Shown here: in pieces, positions 20,376-29,744 of the stretch
How the letters are laid out: each line of letters starts with the position of its first letter
Position numbering within the stretch: the stretch's first letter is position 1
Assembly (NCBI GenBank): GCA_963664825.1
Contig: OY761614.1
Location: forward strand, 864,001-928,000
Source of the DNA: an uncultured Holophaga sp.
GTDB lineage: Bacteria > Acidobacteriota > Holophagae > Holophagales > Holophagaceae
Length of the DNA: 64,000 bases
Reading direction: 5' to 3'
The notes under the pieces: model-generated
What the model saw: only the letters and a program-made list of their open reading frames with translations
Database searches by the model: none
What the model was told of the DNA's origin: nothing
Translations under genes and position numbers: made by a program

Positions 20376-20477
20376 CGAGGACTCCGGGGATGCACTATCC
20401 TAAGCCCCCTGGAAGGGCCCTGCCCATTCCCTCTCCGGGGCAATGACACCATACTGCGGGCAAATGACGAGGCTCCC

Positions 20478-20867
20478 ATGTCCCTGGCCCTGCAGCTCCT
20501 CCTTGGCCTATCCATCGCTACCGTCACGATCTTTCTCGTGATCCTCCTGCTCCAGGCCCGGCGCACGGCGGCCTCCGTCCAGCGCCTGGCCGAAAGCGCC
20601 GCCCAGGATCTCCGCCGGGTCGCCGAGGACGTCCATGAGGTCCGCCTGAGGGTGGAGGAAGTGACGCAACTGGCCAAGACCACCTTCGAGGGCCCCTCCC
20701 TGTTGAGCCAGATGATCACGGGCCTCGTCAGCGGAATCCCGGCCCTCCTGGGTCGCCCCAGCCCCTCCGAAAGCTTCCTGGAAACCCTCCTGACAGGCCT
20801 TCAAACCGCCTTACATTTGTTCCATCGGCGAAAAATGGCGCCGCCAAAGGAGGCATCCCATGAGTGA
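20478..20867 (+). CDS. DUF948/YoxC-like membrane-anchored coiled-coil protein
   Basis: N-terminal TM then helical region; overlaps the YtxH-like gene as in known gene pairs. Confidence 0.7.
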   Translation: MSLALQLLLGLSIATVTIFLVILLLQARRTAASVQRLAESAAQDLRRVAEDVHEVRLRVEEVTQLAKTTFEGPSLLSQMITGLVSGIPALLGRPSPSESFLETLLTGLQTALHLFHRRKMAPPKEASHE

Positions 20868-21051
20868 AGAACGTGGGTCGCTTGGAACTTCCATGCTCAT
20901 CTTCCTGGCGGGTGCCGCCGTCGGGGCGGCGGTGATCGCCCTCACCACGCCCAAGACCGGCCCCGAACTGAGAGGCGACCTCAAGGGCTTCGGCAACAAG
21001 ATCAAGGACCGCTTCTCCCGGCTGAGGGAGGAGGACAGAGTCGACGGGTGA
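20860..21051 (+). CDS. YtxH-domain small protein
   Basis: FLAGAAVGAAVIALTTPKTGPELR; RBS AAGGAGG. Confidence 0.85.
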   Translation: MSEERGSLGTSMLIFLAGAAVGAAVIALTTPKTGPELRGDLKGFGNKIKDRFSRLREEDRVDG

Positions 21052-21147
21052 GGGCAACTGGGATATTCACCACGAAGAACGCGGAGAACACGAAGAAAAC
21101 ATTGAGGGCACAGGAGCGAGACCTGTGCCCTTGATGTGTACGGGGGG

Positions 21148-21270
21148 AGGGAACGAGCAGGGTTAAGGGGCGGTGACGAAGCGGGGCGGAAGGGAGCGAC
21201 GAGAAATCGGAAAAATCGGAGAGGGCGGTGACTCACAGAGGCGACGTCAGAGTTAAACAATTGGTTAGGG
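21148..21270 (-). mobile_element. Degenerate attC-like site
   Basis: Minus strand begins CCCTAAC 17 nt after the ATPase stop, then TTTAAC...CTTAACC, ends GTTCCCT; 123 bp; arm pairing poor. Confidence 0.5.
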
Positions 21271-21287
21271 CGCCGATGGGGGAAACC

Positions 21288-22796
21288 TCAAATTGCACTC
21301 CTTTCGATTTCCAAACCGTGAGAAATTGCGTATAAAACCTTAGGGTCTTTGATTTTGTATAGCGCGGCACCATTGAGCGCCTTGGATTCAGAACGCACAA
21401 TCAGTCCCATATTTTCCATGTTTGTGACATAATTAGTAGTGGAGCTGCCTGTGCCGGCCTCTGTATTCAGTTGATCCTTAGTGAATTCCGTTGTTGATAA
21501 TTTCGAAAGATGCTTAATATATGAGTACACATCCATGCTATTTGATCTAGCATTCGACCTTTTTGGATAGTATTCATAATAGTTGAAGCTTTTAACAAAG
21601 TCGCTAATTCCGTCATGAATTGCTTCTTTTGATAATTTAACCGAAATCGGTGAAATTCTAAATTCGCTTATGATGATTTTATCCATAATGTGCCAAAGAT
21701 CACGCGGATTTTCGTTACATATGGCAATAATTTTATCTACTTCATCTATTGATTCCACTGAAAATAGTTGTTCGTAGGACGTAACCATGCTTTTTGAAAA
21801 CACATTAAGTCGTCGCGAAAGTGCATCAAGTAGATCGTGACGTGTCCATGCAAGCTTTTGGACGGATAATTTTTGAGTTCTAACATTTCCTTTGAGGTAA
21901 TTGAATGGCACAGTCCATATAAATAGTAGAACATTAAATCTATTATGTAGAAGTATTTTGTTATCAGATGCAATATTTTCTAAAAATTCAGCAATGTCCT
22001 CGGCGTCATTTTCTAGTCGGGTATCTTCATCTATCTTATCTATTATAACAGTTGTATGTTTGAATTTTGATTTATTAATGAGTTCAGTCAATCTGCAAAG
22101 ATAAAAATACTCTTTATGTCCCTTGTCGAATGTTGTATCAACTTCTGTTTTAATCGGAGCCAGATATTCTGGTACTTTTGAATCAACTGGTGGTAGGGCG
22201 GCAAAGTGTTTCGTAATTGCATTGTTGGCGGCATATGTGAGCGCATGAATGCCATAATTCATAAACACACGAAAGGCATTATAGGTCCAAATACATGCTC
22301 TTTTTGGAAGATGGTTTTGAATCGAGGAAATCTTTGCGGTGAGTATTTTCCTACTCGCAGGTTTAACATACTCCGCCAAAAAGAATGACAACTCAACGCG
22401 CTCTTCTTTAGTATATTTCCAAAAACTGGAGGCATCATCTGTCATAGCCTGGAAAAAAACTGAAGCAATTTGTTCAGACAAAAACCTATAATAATCCTCC
22501 GGTTTATGATTAAGTTTAAGTGAAGAGTAATCATCAATGTATACAATTAAATTAATTGAAATATCTATGCTGCGTTTCATTTCGTAGCTCAATGCGGTTT
22601 TGCCAGTCCCTCTTTCCCCTATAATTAAATGGCTCAAGTTATTTTTTAGGCCTTGAAGTAATACGGAATGGTTCTGTGGCTGGATGAACAGATTGTGACC
22701 ATTCCTTTTCTCACTTTCAGCATTAAATGTTGAAAATGGATATTCTTCCAGATTTAAGTGTGAGCAAAATTCGAAAAAGGTGATTGTTTGTTCCAT
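21288..22796 (-). CDS. AT-rich P-loop ATPase with probable C-terminal winged helix (Sll1717-like), putative gene cassette
   Basis: Walker A GERGTGKT, Walker B VIIDKIDE, NPRDL motif; composition sharply unlike the GC-rich flanks. Confidence 0.85.
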   Translation of the reverse strand: MEQTITFFEFCSHLNLEEYPFSTFNAESEKRNGHNLFIQPQNHSVLLQGLKNNLSHLIIGERGTGKTALSYEMKRSIDISINLIVYIDDYSSLKLNHKPEDYYRFLSEQIASVFFQAMTDDASSFWKYTKEERVELSFFLAEYVKPASRKILTAKISSIQNHLPKRACIWTYNAFRVFMNYGIHALTYAANNAITKHFAALPPVDSKVPEYLAPIKTEVDTTFDKGHKEYFYLCRLTELINKSKFKHTTVIIDKIDEDTRLENDAEDIAEFLENIASDNKILLHNRFNVLLFIWTVPFNYLKGNVRTQKLSVQKLAWTRHDLLDALSRRLNVFSKSMVTSYEQLFSVESIDEVDKIIAICNENPRDLWHIMDKIIISEFRISPISVKLSKEAIHDGISDFVKSFNYYEYYPKRSNARSNSMDVYSYIKHLSKLSTTEFTKDQLNTEAGTGSSTTNYVTNMENMGLIVRSESKALNGAALYKIKDPKVLYAISHGLEIERSAI

Positions 22797-22819
22797 TTGG
22801 TGCCTCGGTGGTGGAAAAG

Positions 22820-22871
22820 TCCTAACGCGAATTAGACGGCTCAGGCCATCCGCTGTTCAGGTTTGTATAAC
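22820..22871 (-). mobile_element. attI-like site
   Basis: Minus strand GTTATAC...GTCTAAT-TCGC-GTTAGGA, 23 nt before the ATPase ATG, at the composition boundary. Confidence 0.5.
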
Positions 22872-23127
22872 GGTGGAGGTAAAGGGTGCTGATAATAAAT
22901 TCCATGAATTCCATGAATTCCATATAGCATCACCCATCAGAAGAGGTTCACGATCCATTCTCCCCATTTGGGCGGCCTGAACACGACAATCCCAAGGCCT
23001 TTGGATTCACCCTGCGCCTCCGGCCAAGGGGATAGAGGGCAAATGAACGATGGGAAGGAACTGGGTTGCGGTTGCGAGTCTGACAGGGAGGCCGGGACAA
23101 GCCAAGCCTTTCATGGCCTCGAATCGC

Positions 23128-23200
23128 CATCCGCGTTTATCGGCGTGCATCAGAGTTGAATTTTTTTTAAACAATAATGAACGCCGATGGACGCAGATGA
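23128..23200. repeat. REP-like imperfect inverted repeat built from 9-nt units
   Basis: CATCCGCGTTTATCGGCGTGCATCAGAGTT...AATGAACGCCGATGGACGCAGATG; similar copy at 24978-25050. Confidence 0.75.
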
Positions 23201-23248
23201 GATCCCTGCGACCACCCGAAGGTTGCGACCCACATCATCTGGGGAATT

Positions 23249-23470
23249 CACCACGGATGAACACGAATGCACACGGATGAAGCCTCGGGCCATGTCTTTG
23301 CGCCGATTGGTCAGCGGGCACGCCCGCTCCGTGGGCGCGTGGCGGGGCCACGCGGATCGCGGGGGCGGCCCAGGACGCTTCCAATGGTGTCCCCGCGCCG
23401 CCCCCGTGATCCGGGCCCGCTGACCCGATGGGTCCGTGTTCATCCACCTAAATCCGCGTGTATCCGTGTT
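23249..23470. repeat. Nested long hairpin element bounded by CACGGATGAACAC / GTGTTCATCC arms
   Basis: Stems 23309-23319 with 23415-23425 and 23353-23369 with 23397-23413. Confidence 0.7.
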
Positions 23471-23530
23471 GGGTTTCCCGGCGGAACCAAGCCGATCCTG
23501 CTGCCCTGCATCCGAGCCAAAGGCGCTGCG

Positions 23531-24787
23531 CTACTTGAACCACTCGTTCAGATCGATGGGAATCCATGCGGTCAGTGTGGGGAAGCGGACCCACATCTTC
23601 CGTTCGGAAGGCTGGGCGATGACCTGCCAGACGGTGACCTCGTCGTCCTTGGGATTCTTCTTCAGCACCGCCACGCCCTTCCCGATGGAGCCGTCCTCGT
23701 TGTAGAAGGGCACATCCAGGACGCCCATGAGGCTCTTCTCGTCCACCACGCCCCCCGGCACCTGCTTGATCAGGTTGAGCAGCGTCTCGCAGCGGTAGGA
23801 GGAATACCAGGCGGCGGGGCTGGGCAGGGACAACATGCCCCAGGCTGGATGCTGGAACTGGTTGGCGGTGGCGATGAGGGTGTCGCCCTGGGCCTCCCGC
23901 CGCTGCATATCCCAGGTAGAGGTCTCGTAGAAGCGCGTCCCGGAGGCGTCCGCCTGCATCAGGATGATGGAGTAGTTGAAGCGGGTGCTCTCCATGAGGG
24001 CGCGAAACTCGTCGCTATTGGAGGCGTCGAAGAGCACATTGTTGACCTGGGTCGACACGTCCGTGCGGTTGGGGAACATGACCATGCCCCCCGAATCGGC
24101 GCCGTTGTTCTGCTCGATGTAGAGGCCATGGCTATTCATGGCATCCAGGAGGGAAACGCCTCCGGCCAGGGTGAGGCCGGCCACGGCATGGGAGCCGTCG
24201 GTGGGCTTGTAGACGACCATCACCCGGTATTCCTTGGCCAGCCTGCGGAAGATATCCGGGTAATCGAAGTCCCTGGCCGTGAAGACCTTCCCGTCGGCCG
24301 TGTAGCGGCCCCAGGCGGCGCCGGAGGTGCAGGAGGAGATAGTGCCGCCGAATTTCTTGCGGGCCACGATCTGGACCGCCGCGATATTGGCCGTCAGGAC
24401 GGCCTCCTGGCGGGAGATGCGGGCCCCTTCGGCGATGCCCCGCAGGAGTTCCTTCTGCCGCATGGGAAGGGTCTTGTAGAGGCCGTCCGCGAGTTCGTTC
24501 AGTTCGTCCTGCTTGAACTGGCCGCTCTTGATGAAGCAATCCCGGATGGCGGCGTCGTACGTGCCCCGGATCTTGTCTCCCAGCAGGGCGCCGTACTGGA
24601 GACCCATATCGTGGAAGGTCCCGGACAGGACGACCACGGGCAGACCCTCCTGATAGTAGAGCCTGCCAGGACCCTCCTGCTTGAGGAGCCGAGCGGCGGC
24701 CTCCCCCGGCACCGAAGCCGCCAGGAACATGGACAGGAAGACCGTTGAGGCAAGGGCTTTCATGGGAAACGAGAAGACCGTGTTCAT
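23531..24787 (-). CDS. Secreted C45-family Ntn hydrolase (acyl-CoA:6-APA acyltransferase-like)
   Basis: G..HDMGLQYG, nucleophile SCTS, ARDFDY, MNSHGL, TANQF; RBS GGAGGT; signal-like N-terminus. Confidence 0.85.
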   Translation of the reverse strand: MNTVFSFPMKALASTVFLSMFLAASVPGEAAARLLKQEGPGRLYYQEGLPVVVLSGTFHDMGLQYGALLGDKIRGTYDAAIRDCFIKSGQFKQDELNELADGLYKTLPMRQKELLRGIAEGARISRQEAVLTANIAAVQIVARKKFGGTISSCTSGAAWGRYTADGKVFTARDFDYPDIFRRLAKEYRVMVVYKPTDGSHAVAGLTLAGGVSLLDAMNSHGLYIEQNNGADSGGMVMFPNRTDVSTQVNNVLFDASNSDEFRALMESTRFNYSIILMQADASGTRFYETSTWDMQRREAQGDTLIATANQFQHPAWGMLSLPSPAAWYSSYRCETLLNLIKQVPGGVVDEKSLMGVLDVPFYNEDGSIGKGVAVLKKNPKDDEVTVWQVIAQPSERKMWVRFPTLTAWIPIDLNEWFK

Positions 24788-24977
24788 GGACCACCTCCGT
24801 CTAGGTTGTAGAGCCTGGGGTTCCACTTATGACCACTCTGTTTTTTTATTTGCAGGCAGTGTATGCCTGCATCAGGAACCGGTGCAACTCGAAAACCCGG
24901 ATCAGGAGGCCTGCGCAGATGGCCAGGAATCCAGGGTTGGGCACGCTTTGAGAAGCCCGCCCAACACGGGCAGGTCC

Positions 24978-25050
24978 CATCGGCGTTAATCCGCGTGTAT
25001 CAGAGTTAAAAGCCTTTAAACACTGATGAACGCCGATGCACGCAGATAAA
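24978..25050. repeat. REP-like inverted repeat, second copy
   Basis: Shares ATCAGAGTT...ATGAACGCCGATG.ACGCAGAT with 23128-23200. Confidence 0.75.
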
Positions 25051-25088
25051 GGCGGATCATCCCGATCCCCTCGAAGTTCAATCCCTGT

Positions 25089-26006
25089 TCAGCGCATCAA
25101 TGCCAGGTATCCCATCCAGAGGGCCGGGCCATAGAAGACGATGGGGAAGGTGGCCAGGGCCAGGAAGCAGCCCAGGGGCAGCATGGTCTGGGCCTTGGCT
25201 CGCCCCGTCACCAGCAGGGGCAGGGCGAAGACCACGGCCAGGAGGCTGGCGCCGAAGAGGATGCCCAGCATGGCCCCCCAGCCCCAGAAGGCCCCCAGCC
25301 ATGCCAGCATCTTGAAGTCCCCCATGCCCAGGCCATCGGTCTTGCGGAAGAATTTGTAGATCGCGTTCACGATCCAGGGCAGGCCATAGCCCGCCACCAG
25401 GCCGATGAGGCTCTCCTTCCAGGTCACGGGCAGTTGCCCCAGGGCCAGCCAGCCCGGGGCCATCTGGAGGCCATTGGTGAAGGTATCCACGGAGAGCAGG
25501 TTCCAACCCAGCGCCAGGACCCGGGTGCTGTGCTCGGGCCAGAATATCTGGGGCAGTGTGAAGAGCAGGCCGAGGGCCATGAGGGGGAACTGGATCACAT
25601 CGGGCAGCATGAACTCCGTGAGATCGGTGAAGAAAAAGACCAGCAGCGCGAAGGCGCAGATCACGCCCTTGAACCAGATGAGGGTGGCGAAGGGGAAGAG
25701 CCACACGGAACCCGCCAGGATCAGGCCCCCCAGCAGCTCCACCAGCGGGTAGCGGAAGGGGATGGGGCAGCCGCAATCGGCGCAACGGCCCCGCAGCGCG
25801 ATCCAGGAGAGGAGGGGGATGTTGTGGTACCAGCGGATGCGCGCCTGGCACTGGGGACAGTGGCTGGGCTTGGTGACCACGTTGCGGTCTGAAGGCGCCT
25901 CCAGGGGCAGGCGGTGGATGAGCACATTGCAGAAGGAACCCAGCACCAGGCCGAAGGGAGCCAGCAGCAGGGAGAGCATCCAGGGCGGGAGATCGAGGGT
26001 GGCCAT
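25089..26006 (-). CDS. pilD: Prepilin peptidase/N-methyltransferase
   Basis: GSFCNVLIHRLP, SHCPQC, NIPLLSW, GRC..C, YPLVE, GMGDFK. Confidence 0.95.
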   Translation of the reverse strand: MATLDLPPWMLSLLLAPFGLVLGSFCNVLIHRLPLEAPSDRNVVTKPSHCPQCQARIRWYHNIPLLSWIALRGRCADCGCPIPFRYPLVELLGGLILAGSVWLFPFATLIWFKGVICAFALLVFFFTDLTEFMLPDVIQFPLMALGLLFTLPQIFWPEHSTRVLALGWNLLSVDTFTNGLQMAPGWLALGQLPVTWKESLIGLVAGYGLPWIVNAIYKFFRKTDGLGMGDFKMLAWLGAFWGWGAMLGILFGASLLAVVFALPLLVTGRAKAQTMLPLGCFLALATFPIVFYGPALWMGYLALMR

Positions 26007-26153
26007 GGAAAGAGGATAGAGCAGCCCGAGGGAAATAGGCGGGCACTCCCGGACGCATCACGTCCCATATACGCCAGCCCTCCAGGCCTCTTTCGGGGCC
26101 GAACCGGAACTCTTTCCCGCATATGAGGCACAATTCTTGGATCAGGAGCCCCC

Positions 26154-26819
26154 ATGTACCGCCTTCCCATCGCCGCCCTACTGCTCGCCCTCCCCCTCTT
26201 CCCCCAGGCCAAGCCCAAATCGAAATCCAGGCCCAAGCCCGCCGCGGTGGCCGAACCCGCGCCAGCTCCCGCCCCAGCGCCCACCCCCGCCCCCAAGCCC
26301 AAGCCCCGGGTGAAGCTCGAGACCAGCTACGGCCCGGTCATCCTGGAACTGGAACCCGAACTGGCCCCGGCCACGGTGGCCAACTTCCTGCGCTACGTGA
26401 AGGAGGGCTTCTACGCCGGCACCATCTTCCACCGGGTGATCCCGGGCTTCATGGTCCAGGGGGGAGGCCTCAAGGAGGATCTCTCGGAGAAGCCCACCCA
26501 CCTGCCCATCCCCAACGAGGCCCCCGCCACCTTCAAGGGCGGACTCAAGAACGTGCCCGGCACCCTGGCCATGGCCCGCCAGGACGACCCCCAGAGCGCC
26601 ACGGCCCAGTTCTACATCAACACCAACGCCAACGATGTCCTCGATCACCGGGCCCCCACGGGCAAGGACTACGGCTACTGCGTCTTCGGCCGGGTGGTGG
26701 AGGGCATGGAGGCCATCCAGAAGATCGAGAAGGTCACCACCGTCTGGCGTAGGGGCATGCAGAACGTCCCCGAATACCCCGTGCGGATCAAGTCCGCCGA
26801 GCTCCTGCCGGAGAAGTAA
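26154..26819 (+). CDS. Exported cyclophilin-type peptidyl-prolyl isomerase
   Basis: FHRVIPGFMVQGGG, GTLAMAR, SATAQFYIN, Y.VFGRV; signal peptide and Pro/Ala linker. Confidence 0.95.
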   Translation: MYRLPIAALLLALPLFPQAKPKSKSRPKPAAVAEPAPAPAPAPTPAPKPKPRVKLETSYGPVILELEPELAPATVANFLRYVKEGFYAGTIFHRVIPGFMVQGGGLKEDLSEKPTHLPIPNEAPATFKGGLKNVPGTLAMARQDDPQSATAQFYINTNANDVLDHRAPTGKDYGYCVFGRVVEGMEAIQKIEKVTTVWRRGMQNVPEYPVRIKSAELLPEK

Positions 26820-26952
26820 GAAGACGGGGATCTGCGGGGATGACGTTTCGGGATCCAATCTCACAAGTTCCGGGTTTGCTTTGATCCTCGTCCATCCCCG
26901 TGAATCCCCGGCAAATGCAGCTTGAGGAGGCGGTTCAAGTTTGAATTCAGCC

Positions 26953-28149
26953 TCAGGCGTTCAAGGCGATGAGGTGCTGGAGGGCCTCCCGGAGAGATTC
27001 CTCTTCCAGGGGCCGTTCCAGCCGCACGTGGGGACCCTCGGTCTGGGGACCGCCCATCTGAATCCAGCGACTGCGACGGCGCACCAGATCGTGTTCTCGC
27101 CAGACCGACAGGATGCTCGGTTCCCGCATCCAGAGCAGGATGCTGGGAAAGGGGCCCTCCCGGGGAGGCACCGTGCCCCAGAGCTCCACCTGGGCCCCCC
27201 AGCCCCTCAGCCAGCCCAGGATCCGCTGGCATTCCTCCCCCTCCTCCATGCCGAGGGCCAGGGTCCAGCCCCCCAGGAAGCTGCGGACGTCCTTCTCCCG
27301 CCGGGCCTCCACCCAACCGAGCTCCCTTCCCTCGGCCTGGGCCCGGTGGACCAGGTAGGTGGATCCATCCCGGCCCGGCATCCGATCCTCCAAGCGGGCC
27401 GCCCACCCGGCACCGAAGAGATCCTCCATCAGGGGGGAGGCTTCCCCCGAATGCCAGGTGGAACCCGGCAGGAGCCCGCGCCAGGCCGCGGCCTCCCCTT
27501 CGGCCCGGGCCAGCCGCTCATGCATGGCATGGGTCAGGGCCCACATCCAGGAAGCGCCCAGGGAAATGGCCATGAGCATGATGCCGATGCCGGAGATCCG
27601 GAACTGGACATCGAAGCAGACCCGGAAGACCACTTCCACCACCACGGGAATCATCGTGATCAGCAGGCCGCCCAGCAGGCGGCGCCCGAAGGGATCCTCT
27701 GCCCGATGCGCCCTGACCAGCGCCAGGAGGGTCAGGGCGCAGCTGGCCATGTAGACCGACAGCGTGACCAGATGCAGGCCCCGGGCCAGGGAACTCCCCA
27801 GGGGCAGGAAGGCGCAGCGGACAAGATTCGGCAGCATGCCCAGGCCTATCCACCGGACCATGTGCCGTGGGTAGAAGGTTGGAAATACCAGGAACAGCGC
27901 GCAGAACATGGCCGTGTAGCCGAGGGAGGCCAGGGCGCTCTGAAGGCGATCCGCGATGTCCAAAGGGAAGACCTGGGCCGCCTCCAGGATGCCCACCCCG
28001 TGGCGCAGGGCGATCATCAGGCAGGCCAGCCCCACCCAGCCCGTGAGCCGGTCCCGGCGATGGAGGCTATCGGCGCTGAAGGCGGCCGCCAGCGCCAGGA
28101 GGGCTCCCGCCTGCAGGGCATCGAGGGTGAGCCAGGGGAGGAAATTCAT
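26953..28149 (-). CDS. Hypothetical multi-pass membrane protein with soluble C-terminal domain
   Basis: About 7 hydrophobic helices then ~200 soluble aa; host-like codon usage; start uncertain. Confidence 0.7.
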   Translation of the reverse strand: MNFLPWLTLDALQAGALLALAAAFSADSLHRRDRLTGWVGLACLMIALRHGVGILEAAQVFPLDIADRLQSALASLGYTAMFCALFLVFPTFYPRHMVRWIGLGMLPNLVRCAFLPLGSSLARGLHLVTLSVYMASCALTLLALVRAHRAEDPFGRRLLGGLLITMIPVVVEVVFRVCFDVQFRISGIGIMLMAISLGASWMWALTHAMHERLARAEGEAAAWRGLLPGSTWHSGEASPLMEDLFGAGWAARLEDRMPGRDGSTYLVHRAQAEGRELGWVEARREKDVRSFLGGWTLALGMEEGEECQRILGWLRGWGAQVELWGTVPPREGPFPSILLWMREPSILSVWREHDLVRRRSRWIQMGGPQTEGPHVRLERPLEEESLREALQHLIALNA

Positions 28150-28324
28150 GGGGCTGGATCCTGGGACTGTGATTCCCCTAACGGCCGGTCCGGTCACCGA
28201 CCTTAGGAATCACCGCCCTTTGCCGAAGAGACGCCCGGTGGGATCATGGAACGGCCCCGGGGCTGTGGGTTCATCCCCAGTAGCCATCAAAAACAAAAAC
28301 ATGGAAACTCACCACGGAGATCGC

Positions 28325-29740
28325 ATGGCATCCTTCGACCTCATCGTCATCGGCAGCGGCCCCGGCGGCTACATCGCCGCCATTCGGGGCGCGCAGCTGG
28401 GCCTCAGCACGGCCCTCGTCGAGAAGGACCCCGGGGGCCTGGGCGGCACCTGCCTGCGCCGGGGTTGCATCCCCGCCAAGACCTGGCTGGAGAGCGCCCG
28501 CCGCTTCGAGCAGATGCATAGCCTGAAGGAATTCGGCGTCGCGGGAGTGGATATCAGCCAGATGAAGGCCGATCTCACCACCATCGTTGCCCGGAAGAAC
28601 AAGATCGTCTTCAAGAACGGCAAGGGCATCGAGTTCCTCATGAAGAAGAACAAGGTGACGGTCTTCAAGGGCTTCGGCAAGCTCCTGGGCGGCGGCCGGG
28701 TGGAAGTCTCCGGGGAGACTCTTGAAACCCACGAGGCCAAGAAGATCATCCTGGCCACCGGCAGCGTGGTCAAGGAACTCCCGGGGCTGGAGGCCGATGG
28801 CCTGCGGGTGCTCAATAGCAATCACGTGCTGGACCTGCAGGAAGTGCCCCAGCATCTGGTGATCCTGGGCGCAGGGGCCATCGGCGTGGAATTCGCCTCG
28901 GTATTTGCGCGCCTGGGCTCCAAGGTGACCCTGGTGGAATTCATGGACCGCATCCTGCCCATCGAGGACGCCAGCATCGGCGAGGAACTGGCCAAGCTGC
29001 TCGCCAAGCTCCACAAGATGGATATCCGCGTGAAGACCAAGATCACCTCCATCGAGCGCCAGGCCGACAAGGTCATCTGCCACCTGAAGGGCGAGAAGCC
29101 CGGCGTCCTCGAGGCCAGCCATCTGCTGGTGGCCGTGGGCCGCGGCCCAGTCACCCTGGGCGTGGGCCTGGAGACGACCCAAGCCCAGGTGGAGCGCGGT
29201 TTCGTGGAGGTGGACGCCTTCATGCGCAGCGCCGAGCCCGGCCTCTTCGCCATCGGCGACATCGTGAGGACGCCCATGCTGGCCCATGTGGCCGGAGACG
29301 AGGCCGTGCTGGCAGCCGAAACCGCGGCCCAGGATCTCGGCCAGGATGTGCAGCCCCACCCCCTCAATTACGGCCGGGTGCCCAGCTGCACCTACTGCGA
29401 TCCCGAGGTGGGCTGCATCGGCCTCTCGGAAGCCAAGGCCAAGGAGATGGGCCGCGATGTGATCACGGGCAGCTTCCCCTTCATGCCCCTGGCCAAGGCC
29501 AATATCCTGGGCGAGCCCTACGGCTTCATCAAGATCGTGGCCGACAAGCAGTACGGCGAGATCCTGGGCATCCACATCCTGGGCCCCAAGGCCACCGAGC
29601 TCATCGCGAGCAGCGTGGCCCTCCTGGGCGGCGAATACACCGTCGAAGAGCTGATCCACACGATCTATCCACACCCCACCCTCAACGAGGCCTTCCCCGA
29701 AGCCGCCCGCGCCGTCTACGGCCGCGCGCTGAACATGTAA
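28325..29740 (+). CDS. lpdA: Dihydrolipoyl dehydrogenase
   Basis: GSGPGGY, GGTCLRRGCIPAK, GAGAIGVEFA, HPTLNE. Confidence 0.96.
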   Translation: MASFDLIVIGSGPGGYIAAIRGAQLGLSTALVEKDPGGLGGTCLRRGCIPAKTWLESARRFEQMHSLKEFGVAGVDISQMKADLTTIVARKNKIVFKNGKGIEFLMKKNKVTVFKGFGKLLGGGRVEVSGETLETHEAKKIILATGSVVKELPGLEADGLRVLNSNHVLDLQEVPQHLVILGAGAIGVEFASVFARLGSKVTLVEFMDRILPIEDASIGEELAKLLAKLHKMDIRVKTKITSIERQADKVICHLKGEKPGVLEASHLLVAVGRGPVTLGVGLETTQAQVERGFVEVDAFMRSAEPGLFAIGDIVRTPMLAHVAGDEAVLAAETAAQDLGQDVQPHPLNYGRVPSCTYCDPEVGCIGLSEAKAKEMGRDVITGSFPFMPLAKANILGEPYGFIKIVADKQYGEILGIHILGPKATELIASSVALLGGEYTVEELIHTIYPHPTLNEAFPEAARAVYGRALNM

Positions 29741-29744
29741 TCCC

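Noticed and set aside
22880..23530. Possible CRISPR array or integrase remnant next to the AT-rich gene
   Set aside because: Repeats are inverted and irregular with no constant repeat-spacer period; no cas or tyrosine-recombinase motifs in the ORFs
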